Shown here: positions 30,714 through 46,559 of the stretch, one piece after another | Layout: the number at the start of each line of letters is the position of its first letter | Position numbering within the stretch: the stretch's first letter is position 1 | Assembly (NCBI RefSeq): GCF_009914755.1 | Contig: NC_060934.1 | DNA: 64,000 nucleotides | Strand: one strand, 5' to 3' | From: the human T2T-CHM13v2.0 reference genome, Homo sapiens | Notes under the pieces: generated by a model | The model's input: only the letters and a program-made list of their open reading frames with translations | The model's database searches: none | Told to the model about the DNA's origin: nothing | Translations under genes and position numbers: made by a program

Positions 30714-31069
30714 TGTATTAGTCTGTTTTCATGCTGCTGATAAAGACATACCTGAGACTGGTGAGAAAAAGAGGTTTAATTGAACTTATAGCTCTACGTG
30801 GCTGAGGAGGCCTCAGGATCATGGTGGGAGGTGAAAGGCACTTTTTACATGGCAGTGGTAAGAGAAAAAAGGAAGAGGAAGCAAAAGCGGAAACCCCTGA
30901 TAAACCTATCAGATCTCATGAGACGTAATCACTATCACAAAAATAGCATGGGAAAGACCAGACCCCATGATTCAATTACCTCCCCACTGGGTCCCTCCCA
31001 CAACACGTGGGAACTCTGGGAGATATAATTCAAGATGCAATTTGAGTGGAGCATAGCCAAATCATATCA
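30714..31069 (-). mobile_element. THE1 (THE1C/D) MaLR solo LTR
   Basis: 'tgtattagtctgttttcatgctgctgataaagacatacc...agccaaatcatatca', 5-bp TSD gatga/gatgg. Confidence 0.93.
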
Positions 31070-31351
31070 GATGGTTTAGCAATAAATGATGCCAGATAAA
31101 TGGGATCAGTGATGCCAGATAAATTTGTCAAACCAATTTGGAAAACTTTGATACTATCTGTCCTAAAGCTGAAGATTTACATGTCATATTGTTAAACATT
31201 TCTGTCTTATAAATGCTGCAAATACTGAACAGAAGTGTACACATTTCCACCAGAAAAAGATTTCAAACATGTTGATTAGAAGCCTTTTTCATGATAGTCA
31301 CAAATTAAGTATAACCCAAAGTATACATCACCAAAATAATAAATTGTGGTT

Positions 31352-32295
<944 letters not shown>

Positions 32296-32953
32296 TTTAA
32301 TAAATGTATGTGTATGTAGAGTAGGTATAAAAGAATAAATAACAAAATCAAGCAAACCCAAGCAGTATTGATACATTTCAAAATAGTCCATTAAGCATTA
32401 AGAATGAGTTTGGAGTAAGATCCCAAAGGATGATTTTCTTGGAAACACAAAACCTCTAGATTTTGAGAAACACCTATTATTTAGTTGTATAGATAAATTA
32501 GTTAGTTGTATAAATAAGGGAGATGTTGTCCTGAACATGGGATAGACAGGAAAATGGCTTCTCTTCTATGCAGCTTGTGTGAGTGACACAGTCTTTTAGA
32601 GAGCAGTTTTGCCATAGATAGTCATTTTTGGGTTGGCATTTGCCTAACTCTTTACCCCATAATTGACACTCTAGTCAAAATGAGTTATTTTGAGATGCAG
32701 GAAAGATTTATCTTCTCCAAGGGAAAAAAAAGCAAATGTGTCACGGCTTCATTCAACATTGTATATCATCCATCTGCCCAGTATAACGTGTAATGTGTGT
32801 GTGCTCAGTTACAAAGTCATGGTTGTGTGCCTGGTTACACTTCTGGATTGTTTGTCGAAATATATGGTGCAGCTGTTCCAGGTCTTTTGTTTTGTTTTGT
32901 TTTGTTTTTCTAAAAAAAGGACTGTGATCTCCTGACGTCCATTCAGTATGTCA

Positions 32954-33310
<357 letters not shown>

Positions 33311-33816
33311 CTAAATAATTCTAAAGGCAAAACTTCCTACAGCTGGAATACCTAATGGAGACATAGTGGCTGTGACGGGTAGGGAGAGATTCAGTAATTA
33401 TAAGGGATGTTTTGGAGGCACCGATTAAAGGGAGATTCTTTATAACTTTCTAAAGTAGTCCTTGGCGTCTGGTATGATGTGTTGCCAAATACAAGGACCC
33501 ATAAAGCTGGGCCCAGTAAGCAGTGACCTGGGGTTTGTCATACTGCAGGGCAAGAATGGCCAGTGGTATACACCCCAGAGTCAGCCAGTGCCTGGTGAGG
33601 AAGGGGAGGGATATTTCCTACTCAACACCTAATTCAGTTTAACTTCTCAGGAAATTAGCAAAAAGCTGTGAGAATGTAGTGATGCAACCGATTGCTGACT
33701 CATACTGCATGATATATGTGATAGCTTCTTGAGAAAGAGATTTACAATGGGTGTTTATCATATGGAGAAGACTATCTTTTAAAATCAATAATTCTTTTAA
33801 AATAATTCTTGTTTTG

Positions 33817-33998
33817 GGTCCAGATGTCGTGGCTTCTGCCTGTAATTCCAGAACTTGGAGAGGCCAAGGCAGGAAGATCACTTGAGCCCAGGAGTTCAAG
33901 TCTACAGTGAGCTATGTTTGCAGTGATTGTGCCACTGCACTCTAGCCTGGGCGACAAAGTGAGACCCCATCTCTAAAAAAATTAAAATAAAAATAAAT
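33817..33998 (+). mobile_element. Free Alu monomer (FRAM/FAM-like)
   Basis: Single ~165-bp monomer with A tail. Confidence 0.8.
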
Positions 33999-34981
33999 AT
34001 ATTAATTTTTGTTTCTTTTAAGATACAGTCATTACTTTCTTCGCTTCATTTTGATTTCTTCCCCAGCACCAATCTATTCAATATATAGTACCTGATACTT
34101 TATACTTAAATAATAAGAACCTCACAACAAATCCCAGGCAAGGTGTAATATTCATACTTTATCTATCCCCAAATGTTGATTATTTTGCTTTTTTTTCTAC
34201 TTTTCTAAAATGCACTTTCCATTCATTCTTTAATGTCTTTAGAGGCAATATGTAGACTGTACCATATATACAATTACATATTAATTATTCAGGGTCATAT
34301 CAATACTAGTAATTCAGATAAAAACTATTAACACTATACTAAAGAAATCTATGTTCCTTATAATGGAAAAGCATTCAAAGAAAATTTGAAAAGGGAATTA
34401 ACCAGAAGTTTCAGAGATCTAAACTGAATTTCATCACTTTCAGCCTCTTAGAAAGCTTATCACTTATCTATTAAAAGTAGAGAAATTTTATCTAAAGGAG
34501 GAAATCTGAGTGATAGCTTAATACATGCCTTCAAGTCTAAGTTGAATACATTGATCTCCATCTGTTCTCTAATGATGTTGATGACAGAAGTAGGAAAAAA
34601 AAACAGATTTATGTAGCAAAAGAAAGAGATTGAACAAAGATATCAGAAAGAACATTTTGTTAAAATAAATCATTTTTAAATATCAAATTCCATCAGTACC
34701 CCAAATCCCTTAGATGCCCCTTCCACTCTCCAACACGACAAGGTCAATCAAAAAGCTTGGTCTACTAGAGTATTGTATTGTTGAAAGAATCCAAGGTAGT
34801 TCATGCCTTACCTAAAATTATAAGCATTGCATCTAGGCACTTTTAAAAAATATTCCCATCTTCTGAAATTATATCCACCCCCTAAGAAAAAATAAATTTT
34901 GAGCCTACTTTTCTAGGTTTCTTTTGATTAATGAGGCATTTGCTTGATAATGACAGATGACTAATGAGAATAAAGCCATTA

Positions 34982-35319
<338 letters not shown>

Positions 35320-36489
35320 GTACATTTAAATAAGCCCCTGTTCCATACCAATACGTAAATTCAAGACTAAAGAAATTTTAACATTAAAAGTGCTATTGAT
35401 GAATGCTAAATATTGATATTGATAATGATGCTAGAGTAACACAGTATCAGTAGCTTTGCAGGAATTTGTAAACCGGTGCTGTAAGCAGTTTTTGAGACTC
35501 TTGAATTCCTCATTTACATTTAATGTTTATTAATCTGTCAGTGAATGAGCTCGCCATTAGGAAAGCAAACTTTATTGACTTTTGAGACATAAAAGAGGAA
35601 ATCTTATGTTAATGATCTACGATGAGTACATACTATTTTCTTATTTAGATTTCTAAATCACTGTGACTATAGAGCTAATTAAAATATTTTAAATTTCACC
35701 ATTGGAATAAATGTGCATCTATTTATCAGTCTCCCATGAAACATGTGTCTTTTGAAATCTAGTCCACTCTCCCTAAATATTTTGAAAATTTTATAACAAC
35801 AGCATGCAGTTTTACTTACAATTTATGGGCTTGCATTTAAATTGCATTTTAAACTAATTTGGTTTGTTCTTAAAGTTAATTAACTAATCGAGATAATGTT
35901 TCTTAGTGCAATTGAGATAATAGAGCAGATGTGGAGATTTATTGGCATCTCTTGGAAGCCTCCCAAACTTAGACATTTTCTCTTTGTCATGCTTAACTAA
36001 CCTTTAAAACCATGTGGCTTTTCAAGAGGAGGGAGACCATTCGTATTTGTTTATAGTGGACACTCAGCAAAAGTCAGATAACACTTTTATATTTGAGTTA
36101 ATACTCATAGTATTTTCCACCTAAATTCTCTTATTGATGCTAGCATTGTACAAGTCAACTGTGTATATGGGGGACATATTCTTTTCTTAATGATATGAAT
36201 TGATTATTTCTTTTGCTCAGATATACTATTGCATTGGATTGTTTAATCTCATTTATGTTAAGTAATATGGACCTGTGAAAAGAAATCTCCTTCGTCAAAG
36301 CCATGAATCCCACTCTGAGAATGATAGTCATCATGCGTCCAGCAACTTTCCTACTCAGAATTCAAGCTCATTCTTTCCTTTTGATGTACTCTTATGGCAT
36401 GTCAGCGAGGTATGGGAGAGCAACTCTTCTACTGACTAATGAAAAAGGTAGTAAGTACAGGTTGATTATGAGTTGGCTTTATGACCATT

Positions 36490-36685
36490 ATTCCATGAAG
36501 TGCTTTACAGGTAGCATCATCTTTAACTCTTGTAACAAAGTATAATACTGTGTAGTACTGGCTCCTTGCTTACAGCTGAGGACAATGAAGCCCTGGAAGG
36601 ATAGGTGATTTGTCTAAGAACCTGCAGAGAGGAAATTTTAGACCCAGAATTGACATCTAAGTAGCCTGGATTCAGAGCCTGTGTA
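36490..36685 (-). mobile_element. MIR
   Basis: 'ttacagctgaggacaatgaagccctggaagg..gtgatttgtctaag..gcctggattcagagcctgtg'. Confidence 0.65.
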
Positions 36686-36891
36686 ACAGTTGTAAATTTA
36701 AAAATGAGGCACATGTTTTTCATCGGTATTATGCATAACACTTCACCTTCTGCTTTTACTTAAAATGGAATCAACCTTCCAATTTCTATAGTCTGCATGA
36801 GAATAATTTTAATAGATATTTAATAGTGTACCTGGTTTGTATATCTTAACTGAATAAATACATTTCCCTATTATTGGATATTACATTTATA

Positions 36892-36985
36892 AGTGTGTGT
36901 GTATATATATGTGTATATATATATGTGTGTGTGTATATATATATGTGCCTAGAACAAGGGTGCATGAGTGTGTATGTGTGTGTGT
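36892..36985. repeat. (TG)n/(TA)n microsatellite
   Basis: Direct inspection. Confidence 0.9.
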
Positions 36986-37525
36986 TTTCATTATATAAGT
37001 ACATAAGTATGTTCATACAAATTAGGTTTTGCTTAGGCTGATCTGTTTTCCTAAAATTCTCAGAAGTGGGATTATATGCATACAAGTGTGGCTATTTTTA
37101 TGGATCCTGTCATCTCTTATATATTTGTCAAAGAAAGAGACAGGCAAAGAAAGATCAAGTGGTTCACATAGTGGGTGGGAAACAAAGACAATGCCATCTG
37201 CTAAAGAGTGAGGTATTTCCACTCAAATCACTAGCACGGATGATGTAATTCAGTATTTCAGTGATGCTTTCCAGAGAGTTTAAACACTGTGCAGGAACAC
37301 ATGTGACTAAAACACAGGAAGAACCAGACACATTTCCCAAGCCCTCTACAGCCTGAGAATTTATTTCAGTTTTCTTTTGTCACTGACAGTATATTACTGA
37401 CACTGGCAAGATCATTGCCAAACTGTGTGAATATTTGTTGATCAAAAGTTCAGATATATAAATAGTATTTTAGCATTGGTAATCAAACCCTTCCAGAGAA
37501 TAATTAACCTCTCACAATGTGAATG

Positions 37526-37643
37526 TGGTAAATCAGGGAATCTGCTGTGTTGTCAGCATTAAATGCATCTTAAATTTACAATATTTTTGACTTATGATGG
37601 GTTTATTGGGATGTAATCCCACTGTAAGTTGGGAATGTAAAAG
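37526..37643. mobile_element. MER47/Tigger5-like fragment (partner of 42678-42799)
   Basis: 'ttaaatgcatctt..ttacaatatttttgacttatgatgggtttattgggatgtaa.ccc..tgtaagt'. Confidence 0.75.
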
Positions 37644-38910
37644 AATCATTTTGTTGATGGACTGTGCTACAACATGTTTTTTATATGGGAACCTATTATA
37701 ATTCAGAGGAAGTAGTTTGATCTGTAGATATTTTTCAGTGCTATAGGATAACTGAATGCGATGTTTGGTCTGTGATTTAAAGTGCAATATATTAGTTATT
37801 GAGTAACTAAGAAGGATATAAAGATGAAGATCCATTCATTCCATGCCTTTAACATATAAAGTATTTTCCTAACATCACGGACTGTTATTATCAGGTAATA
37901 TGTTTCTTTTTAACTACTATACAAAAAGATTGTTTTATATAAACAATATAAGGAACTGTTTATATAAAGATATTTATATAAATTGATCAGTATATGATTT
38001 ACAGTATTCATAGAATACTTTATGGAATTGTTTAAATTGAAACCATTTAAAGAATTCCATAGAGTAAATATTCTATGTTTGTTGTAAACAATAGAACTTA
38101 AAGCATTTAGCTGATACCTATAAAAATTAGCACCATGGGCATCCTGACCCTTTGCAGGACTTCATTATGAAGATGACTGACCATTCCACAGATGCCTAAT
38201 GGACATCGTGACACATTCATGCCAGCTGGCAGAGAGCAGGTACACAAAAACAAGCCCAAAGTTAAATAATTGTGACCACTTGAACAAATGCTACCTTCTT
38301 GTCAAATGCAATGCAAGCTCCTCTTGTGTTTCAGCTCAATTATTTTGCCTGCTATGCCCAGTAGGTGTGGGTCAGTGCCTTAAAGGTCACTACTACCACA
38401 GTCCAAATTTTAAAGAGTAGACTGTCGTTAGCTTTTGGGTCTGTTATTGTAGCAGAAACAAGCTTACTAGTGGTCTGTGAGCATGCTTTGATACCCCTGT
38501 AGTCCTGTTTCATTGACATACAGAAGGCTGACATCCAGAGACACTCTTCTTGGGCATTCATGTGTATCAGGTTTGGTACTCCCACTGTCAGCTTGATAGA
38601 CCCATTAAATGACTGTGCATTGATCCAGAAGCAACTATTCTTCATTCTCTGCAAGTTGTTGGAGGATTTCTGCATACCATACAGGGTGACAGTTACTTTC
38701 TTTCTTTTTTGGGGGTGGGGAGCAAAGATGCTACTCACATTTAAATTTCTTTGCACTCTCTTCTCCATCAGCTAACATTTTCTTTCATTTGTTCTTATTT
38801 TCCCCCACTTTCTCTCAAAAATATTTAACTCTAAGAACACCTATAAAAAACATATTCTTCCTACAAAGTGTTCTTATCACCGTCAGGTGAGAATTACTTG
38901 CTTGGAGATT

Positions 38911-38947
38911 ATGTGTGTGTGTGTGTGTGCGTGTGTGTGTGTGTGTG
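38911..38947. repeat. (TG)n microsatellite
   Basis: Direct inspection. Confidence 0.95.
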
Positions 38948-41281
38948 ATCCATCATTTGAAACAAGCAGGCAAAGATAGTGACAAAGATGTGACTCCATC
39001 TTATAAACTCTACATAAAGTCACTGTTTCACAGTCTGTCTCAATGCATTTTTTTAAGGTCTTCCAATACTATAAAGAATATTTGGGCCTAATATGTTGCT
39101 GTTACTCATGCTCAGCATTTCATGATTAATTGTCTTTATGTTTATCTTCCCCATGCCTGTTTAGTCCACCCTTTGATATCAAATCTCTTTGTAAGCTGCC
39201 AGAGTAGTTTGAAAGTGTTTGGGGGCCAAGTTAGCTTAAAATGAATCATATACTAATCAATTACAAAATGTCTTCTAAGGCTTTTCCCCCCACTGAATAA
39301 TGAATCATCGTAATTTTATAGATACATGGACCCATTGTTCTGCTTATGACTCTTAAAAGACAAAAATTTCACAATGTATCACTCTGGAAATTTTCTGAAG
39401 CCTTAACACAGATTTGGAAGACAGCATCTCTTTCTGACTGCATGACTCCAGAAGTTGGTGGAAACTATTAAACTATACTGGAGCAGCTTCTTCTTGATTC
39501 TACTTCATGAATTATTGTTAAGTAGATTTGTGGAAGCAGGTCTGGCCAGAAGTAACATGGTCCATTACCCCAGGAGCATTGCATTTGAATCTAACAGTCC
39601 TAGAGGAGTTCCTGCAGTTGTAAACACTTTAATTTGCTTATATTAGTGCAGAATAATAGTGCCTAACCCATGTTCTTTTGAAAATCAAATGAAGTATTAT
39701 CATAAAGTATATATCACCATGACATAGTTATTACTGAGTAAATGGTAATAATCATAATAATGACTAGAAACACAGTCATTCTCAGTTAGTCCAGAACACT
39801 GTAAAAACAGTTTGCTGAGCCTGGTGCCATCCACTCTTTTGAGATTAAGTACATATTTAAGTGAGGCCCAAACTGGGCAATTATATGATGGGTTGAATGG
39901 CCAAGACATATAACCCTTAAATGTATATTTAAGCAAAGCCCAAACTGAGCAATTATAAGATGAATTAACTGGAAAACTTACAGAAAATTTTAGAAACAGA
40001 AAAACTTTAGATGCAGAAAACATATCTAAATTCTAAAACCTCAAGTTGTAGGGACTATCATACAACAGAGATCACCAGACATCTGGAGGGAAAAATACCC
40101 AAATTAAGAGAAAAGGATGAAAGAATTTCATGAGACGAAAGCATAGGAAAGGGACACTTAATGTCATTTTTCTATGAATGTGGTCTGTGAATACTGGTTA
40201 TACCATTTAACTACACAAGATAATTATTCTGCAACTTGAGAAATCTGACTTAAGAGTTCAGTCTAACTTCCCAAGAGAGCTGCTTATAAAGCTTTATTAT
40301 GGTGTGATTATGATATAATTTAGCCTCAAAGTACATATGTGAGGCAATAGGCTACATTTTATAGACTCGTTATTACAAGCTCAAGGGGAAAAAAAGCATG
40401 GAATTATCATCTAAGAATCTGGGATGACATTTTTAAAATATGAGTGAGTGGTGACAGCCTGTTTATTTTCAGTAGGAGAAAATATTCCTGAAACTTTGTG
40501 TTTGTTCACCTAGAAAAACAATGCATTCCACTAAACCTTTTGGTCTATCGATTCCTAGAGATAATATAGTAGACTTGAGGGTGCTTATTATTTTAAGAGA
40601 TGATAGGTTTAATTAGCTGTCATTGTTAATAGGGTCATAAGAGAAGAAGATGATGCAACACAGGGGAATGGAATGCATCCTTTTTCAGGGGATTGGGAAC
40701 CTAAAATGATGATTATTGAGCTGCTCAAGGTAGTTTCATTAAAGGTAAACATGGAGAATCATTGAGCATTTTCCACAAACTTTTGCCAGGCATTCTTACC
40801 CTGCCCTACCCCAATGTCCATTCGCAAATAAAAACAAAGACTTAAACTAGTGGCATTCAATGAGTTTTCACTTCTTTAGTGGTCTGTCCTGAAGACTTTA
40901 AAATAATTCAATTATGCTGTACAGAGCTGACCTTATACAAGGACCTAGATATTTGCTTATATTGTAAAAGAATTTCTATGTATGGATATATTCTCCTTCA
41001 GCTATGCTTTGTGCCTGATAATCCTATTCTTAGGATTATCTTATTTATGATAGTTTATGGAAATAAAACTTCCTACAATGGTGTCTCCAGGAGTCCCATT
41101 CTCATTTACAAATGTTGCACCAAGGTGTAAAGTATGAAACCATTTTCAGCTAACAACAAAAGTTTACATGAAATGGTTTTATTAGCAAGATAGTCATTGC
41201 ATCTGTCCTGTAAAATATCCCTTTGGAATATTCCAAATTTTGACATGGGGAGAGGTAAAAATGATGGAACTGAAGGATTAA

Positions 41282-41601
<320 letters not shown>

Positions 41602-42355
41602 GAGAGGCCACTTTTTATAAAAGATGACAAATACACATCAGGCTATTAGAGGTTTCGGAGACCTCATGGAAGAAGATATGAAAATTGTTTTACTATATTT
41701 CAGGGCTAACTCTGTATTTGAAATCATAAGGTTATAAAAATGCAGAGTAGGAGGGACACAACAGTATGTGTGTGTGTATATATATACGTGTGTGTGTGTA
41801 TATATGATGTCACTGATACAAAAGTTCAACAAACTTCAAGTTTTAGAAACTACAGTAAGGCATTTCATAACCAAATTATTATGAATCAGTGGTAAAAAGC
41901 TAGTGGTGAAAGGCAAACTTAAAAGCAGCAAGAGACAACAGATACATGACATTCATAAAAACAAAGAAAAAGGTGAGAGAAGGTTTTCACTGGAAACAAT
42001 ACAAATAAGAAAAAAGTAGAAAACATCATTAAAGTACTAAAAGAAATAGCCTAGAATTCTATATCCAGAAAAAAGTTTTTTTCAGAAATGAAGATGAAAC
42101 ACAAGCTTTTTCAGACATAGAAAAGTTGAAAGAATGAATCACCAGCAGACCAAATTATAAGAAATATTAAAGGAATTCCTTTAGGCAGAGGGAAAATGAT
42201 ACCAGAGGGAAATACAAATTTACATAAAGAACATGAAGAACCGGAAATGGTAAATATGAAAGATGTTTTTCTTATTAAATAAATGCCTTAAAGAGAAAAT
42301 TGACCGTTTAAAGCAAAAATAATAACAATGTACTCTGAGGTTTAGACAATATGTG

Positions 42356-42793
42356 CAGATGATTTCTGACTGAGCATGGTTTGACTTGAAAATTTTTTAC
42401 TTTAAGATGGGCTTATAAAGAGGTAAACCCATCATAATTTGAGGAGCTCCTTATGACTTACAATGGGGTTATGGTTTCTACTGAACATGTATTGCTTTTG
42501 CATCATCATGAAGTTTACAAATTTTAAAGTGGACCATAGTGAGGCAGGAGAATCACTTGAACCCTGGAGGCAGAGGTTTCAGTGAGCCGAGATTGCGCCA
42601 CTGCACTCCAGCCTGGGTGACAGAGTGAGACTGTCTCTCAAAAAAATAAATAAGTAAATAAAAAATAAAGCGGACCATGGTAAGTCAGGGAACATCTGCT
42701 GTGTTGCCAGTGTTAAATGCATCTTCAACTTACAACATTTTTGACTTATGATTTTATTGGGATGTAACCCTGTTGTAAGTCAAGAAGCCTCTG
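42356..42793. mobile_element. MER47/Tigger5-like DNA transposon inside L1
   Basis: TIR-like 'cagatg' ... 'catctg/ctctg-TA' and repeated 'gacttacaatggggtta' motifs. Confidence 0.75.
42541..42666 (+). mobile_element. 5'-truncated Alu (right monomer)
   Basis: (TAAA) tail, TSD aaag(t/c)ggaccat(a/g)gt. Confidence 0.92.
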
Positions 42794-45700
42794 TAAAAGT
42801 CAAGTGTAGGACGGCAATGGCACAAAAGTTAGGTTTGGAGAGATAAAAGTATGAAGTTGAGAAGTTTTTATACTGTATGTGACATGGTATAATATCTTTT
42901 TAGATAGACTTTCATAAGTCAAAGGTGCACACTATGTACCGTAAAGCAATGATTAAAAGGATACAAAAAATGAGTTAGAGGTAACAAGAAAACAAAGGAG
43001 ATAAAAAGGCCTTATAAAAAATAATCAAATTATCTAAAATAAGGCAAAAAAAAAAGACAAAAGGAAACAAAGGACATATGGAACAAATGGAAATCAAAGA
43101 ACAAGGGAGAAGATTTAGTCCAAGGAGAGCAACAATCACATTAAAGGTAAAAGTCTCAAGATCTCAATGAAAAGTCAGAAATTTACAACTTTAAAAATGA
43201 AGACCCAACTATATTTTGCTAATTGGAAACTCACTTTAAATATAAAAGCACACATAGAATAAAAGTAAAAATAGAAAACAAATACTACAGTACCAGCTTC
43301 TCAAAAGAAGTTGACCTGGCTGTATAAATATCAGAAAAAGTAGATTTCACAGCAAAAGGTAATGATTCTCTTTTACTAGGAAAAAAGAGGATTTTGTAGT
43401 AACGACAGAAGTATCAATTTGCCAAGAAGAAATAGTAACTCTAAACTTATAAGAACTGGATAATAACAGGTCAAAGCATATGATGCAAGAAATGATAGAA
43501 CACCAGGGAGAAGTAGATAAAGCCATACTTCTCTTTTAATAATTGTTAGAACAAGTAAACGCCAAATCAGTAAGGGCAGAGGAGACTTGAACAACATTGT
43601 ATCCACCAGCTTAACCTAACTGACGTTCATGGAAGACTCTGACTAACAAAGTTGGACTACACTTTTTTTTTCCCTGGGAGTGTAAGAAATATTTATAATG
43701 ATCAACCATTTTCTGGACCATAATGTAAATCTCCAACTTAAAAGGATTCAAATCATAAAAAGCATGTCCTGTGATTACAGTATAGTTACAGTAGAAATAA
43801 AAAAACTAAAAGATATTTAGAAAATCCTTGAATACCACAAATAAATAACATACATCCATATATCACCTAGGTCAAAGAGGCAATGGAAAAGAAAATGAAA
43901 AAGTACGTATCTTGAACTGAATGATTACAAAATGAAAATGAAACCAAATCTGCGGGATGCAGCCACAGAAGTGCTTAGATGGAAATTTATAACCTTAAGG
44001 GCCTACATTAGGGGGAATAAAAGGGGTCTCAAATCAACAACTTCAATTTCTACCTTAATAAATTAAAAAATAAAGAAAAAAATGAACTTCAAAATGATCA
44101 AGAGAATGGAAACAATAAAAATCACAGAAAAAATCAATGGGAAAACAGAAAATAAAAACAATCAATAAAAACCTGGTTATTTGGAAAATTCAAAATCAAC
44201 AATCCTTTTGCCAGATGAATCAAGGCAATAAAGGAGGAAACACAAATTACAAATATTAAGAATTAGATAGAGAACTTGACAAAGGCTTCCATAGAGATTA
44301 ACAGGCTGATAAGAAATATTGTGAATACTTTTATGCCAATAAATTTGCCAACTTAGTTGAAATAAACAATTTCCTTGAAAGATGGGAACTACTCACTGAA
44401 GGGAAAAAATAACTAACCTGATTAGCTTTGCTTTTCTGAAGAAGTTGAATTGTTTTTAAAAACCTTCCCACAGCAAAAACTCCAGGCCTGGAGGGCATCA
44501 GTTCCAACAAGATAACTGCCAACAAACTTTCAAAAAGAAATAATATCAACTTTGCAAAAATTCTTCTAGAAAATTGAAGAGGAGGTAATACTTCCCAACT
44601 CATTCTGTGATGTCTGTATGTCTCTGAGACCAAAACGAGACAAGACATCCTGAGAAAAAGAAAAATTACACGCGATATTCCTCGTGAACATATGTAGAAA
44701 AAATAAGTAAATAAATTTGTGCAAATAAAACTCAATAATATATAAACAGTAATACATTATTAATGACTATGGTTTATTCCAGAAGTACCGGTTTGTTTAA
44801 CATTTAAAAATCAATATAATGATTCGTAATCAGAGACTAAAAAAGCACTTGAGTGTCTTGAATGGAACAGTAAAAGCATTGGATAAAATACAACATTAAT
44901 TCCTAGTAAAACCTGTGAGCAAACCAGGAATAGAAGGAAACTTTCTTAACCTGATAAAACACATCCATAAGAAACCCATGGCTAACAGCAAACAACACCC
45001 TTAATGGCTAAAGAGTCAAGGCTTTCCTCCTAGAACCAGGAACAAGGAAGAGATGTCTACTCTCACCACTTCTATTCAGCATTGCAGTCAGTTTCTAGTA
45101 CGTTCTATACTAGTATAGTATAGTTCTAGTATGTTCTAGTATGTTCTGTAAGGCAAGAAGAAGAAAGAAAAGACATTTCAGATTGTAAAGGAGCAAGTAA
45201 ACTTGTCTTTTCTAATAGACATTTGGTTGTTTATGTAGAAAATCCTATGAACCTAGGAAAATAAAACTGGAACAAATTAGTGGGTATAAATGATTATAGG
45301 ATTCAAGGTCAATATACAAAATCCAATTGCATTTTGTATAACAGTAATGGACAACTGGAAATGGAATTTAAAAACATTATCACATATAAGAGTGGATCTC
45401 AAGTATTTTTACCAAAATATTAAAATAATGTACTATTAGAAATTTATTTTAAAGGGATGTGTTCCTCTCTTTGCATGAAAAAAATCCATGAATTATTTTA
45501 AGTGATAATTTATTTTGAAAATAAAATTCGTATTGCATAAAATGTTACCACTTATAGCTCGAAAATATGAAGTATTTTGAGAAACATATGTCAAAATATG
45601 AGTAAGACCTGTATATTTAAAATCACAAAGCATTACTAAAGAAAACTGAAGATATAAATAAACCGATAAATATATCATGCTTATTGATTGAAAAGCTCAG

Positions 45701-45879
45701 TGTTGTTTAGATGTCAACTCCCTCCGCATTGATGTATAAATTAATTGGAATGCCAATAAAAATCCAAATTGGCAAGCTTTTGCTAATACTCACAGGAGAA
45801 CACAAAAGACTTAAATAAACCAAACAACTTTTTAAAAAGATGAGGATATTATCTAGTTTCAAGATTTACAGTCTTAAAA

Positions 45880-46520
45880 GTGTTGTTCCCAACATGACTG
45901 ACAATTTCCATGCTGCTAAATCCAGGAGTCATATATATCACTCTTTGTTTTTCTTAATAAGTCGCCAGTATTTGACATAACCTATCACTTCCTTCTGACA
46001 TGCTTTTGTAACCTAGCTTCTGAGATGCCATACTCTGTTTTTTCCTCTTGTTCCCTGCCTCTGAGAGTTGGAGTATCGTAGTGCCCAGTCCTTGACTTTA
46101 TCTTTTGTCTGCTGTGTGTACACTCATGTCTTTGGGGAGCTCATCTCACTGCATGCTTTTAAATACCAAGCATTTAACCAGCATCAGATGGACAGGTGCA
46201 ACCAGGACCTCGCCAGAGTAGTTCCGACACATATTTCCAGTTGTCTACTTGACATCTCCTCTTAGATTGTTAATGGACATCTGCAAATTGACATGTCCAA
46301 ACCTGTAGTCTTGATCGTCCATACATTTGCTCCTCTGAGAGCCTTCTGAATCAGTTGACAGGAACTCAATTTTTCAATTACTCAGGCCAAAAAAAAAAAA
46401 ACCTCACAGTCATCTTTGACTTCTCTATTTTGCACCCCATATCCATCCTTTAGGATACCCTGTTGATTCTTCTTCGGAGCACAAGCAGAATCTGGCCTCT
46501 TCTCGATATTTCCAAGGCTG
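45880..46520 (+). mobile_element. L2 fragment
   Basis: 'ctcatctcactgcatgcttttaaatacca', 'ccagttgtctacttgacatctcctcttagattg', 'actcaggccaaaa..cctcacagtcatctttgac'. Confidence 0.8.
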
Positions 46521-46559
46521 ACCCTCCAAGCTGTCACTTATTTGCTTCATTTGAGTTAG

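Larger units (their letters stand above)
41850..45870 (+). mobile_element. Old L1M (L1MD/ME-type): ORF1 3' part and degenerate ORF2
   Basis: 'cctagaattctatatccagaaaaa', 'gacccaactatattttg..gaaactcactttaaatataaa', 'atacttcccaactcattctgtga', 'ctctcaccacttctattcagcatt'. Confidence 0.85.
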
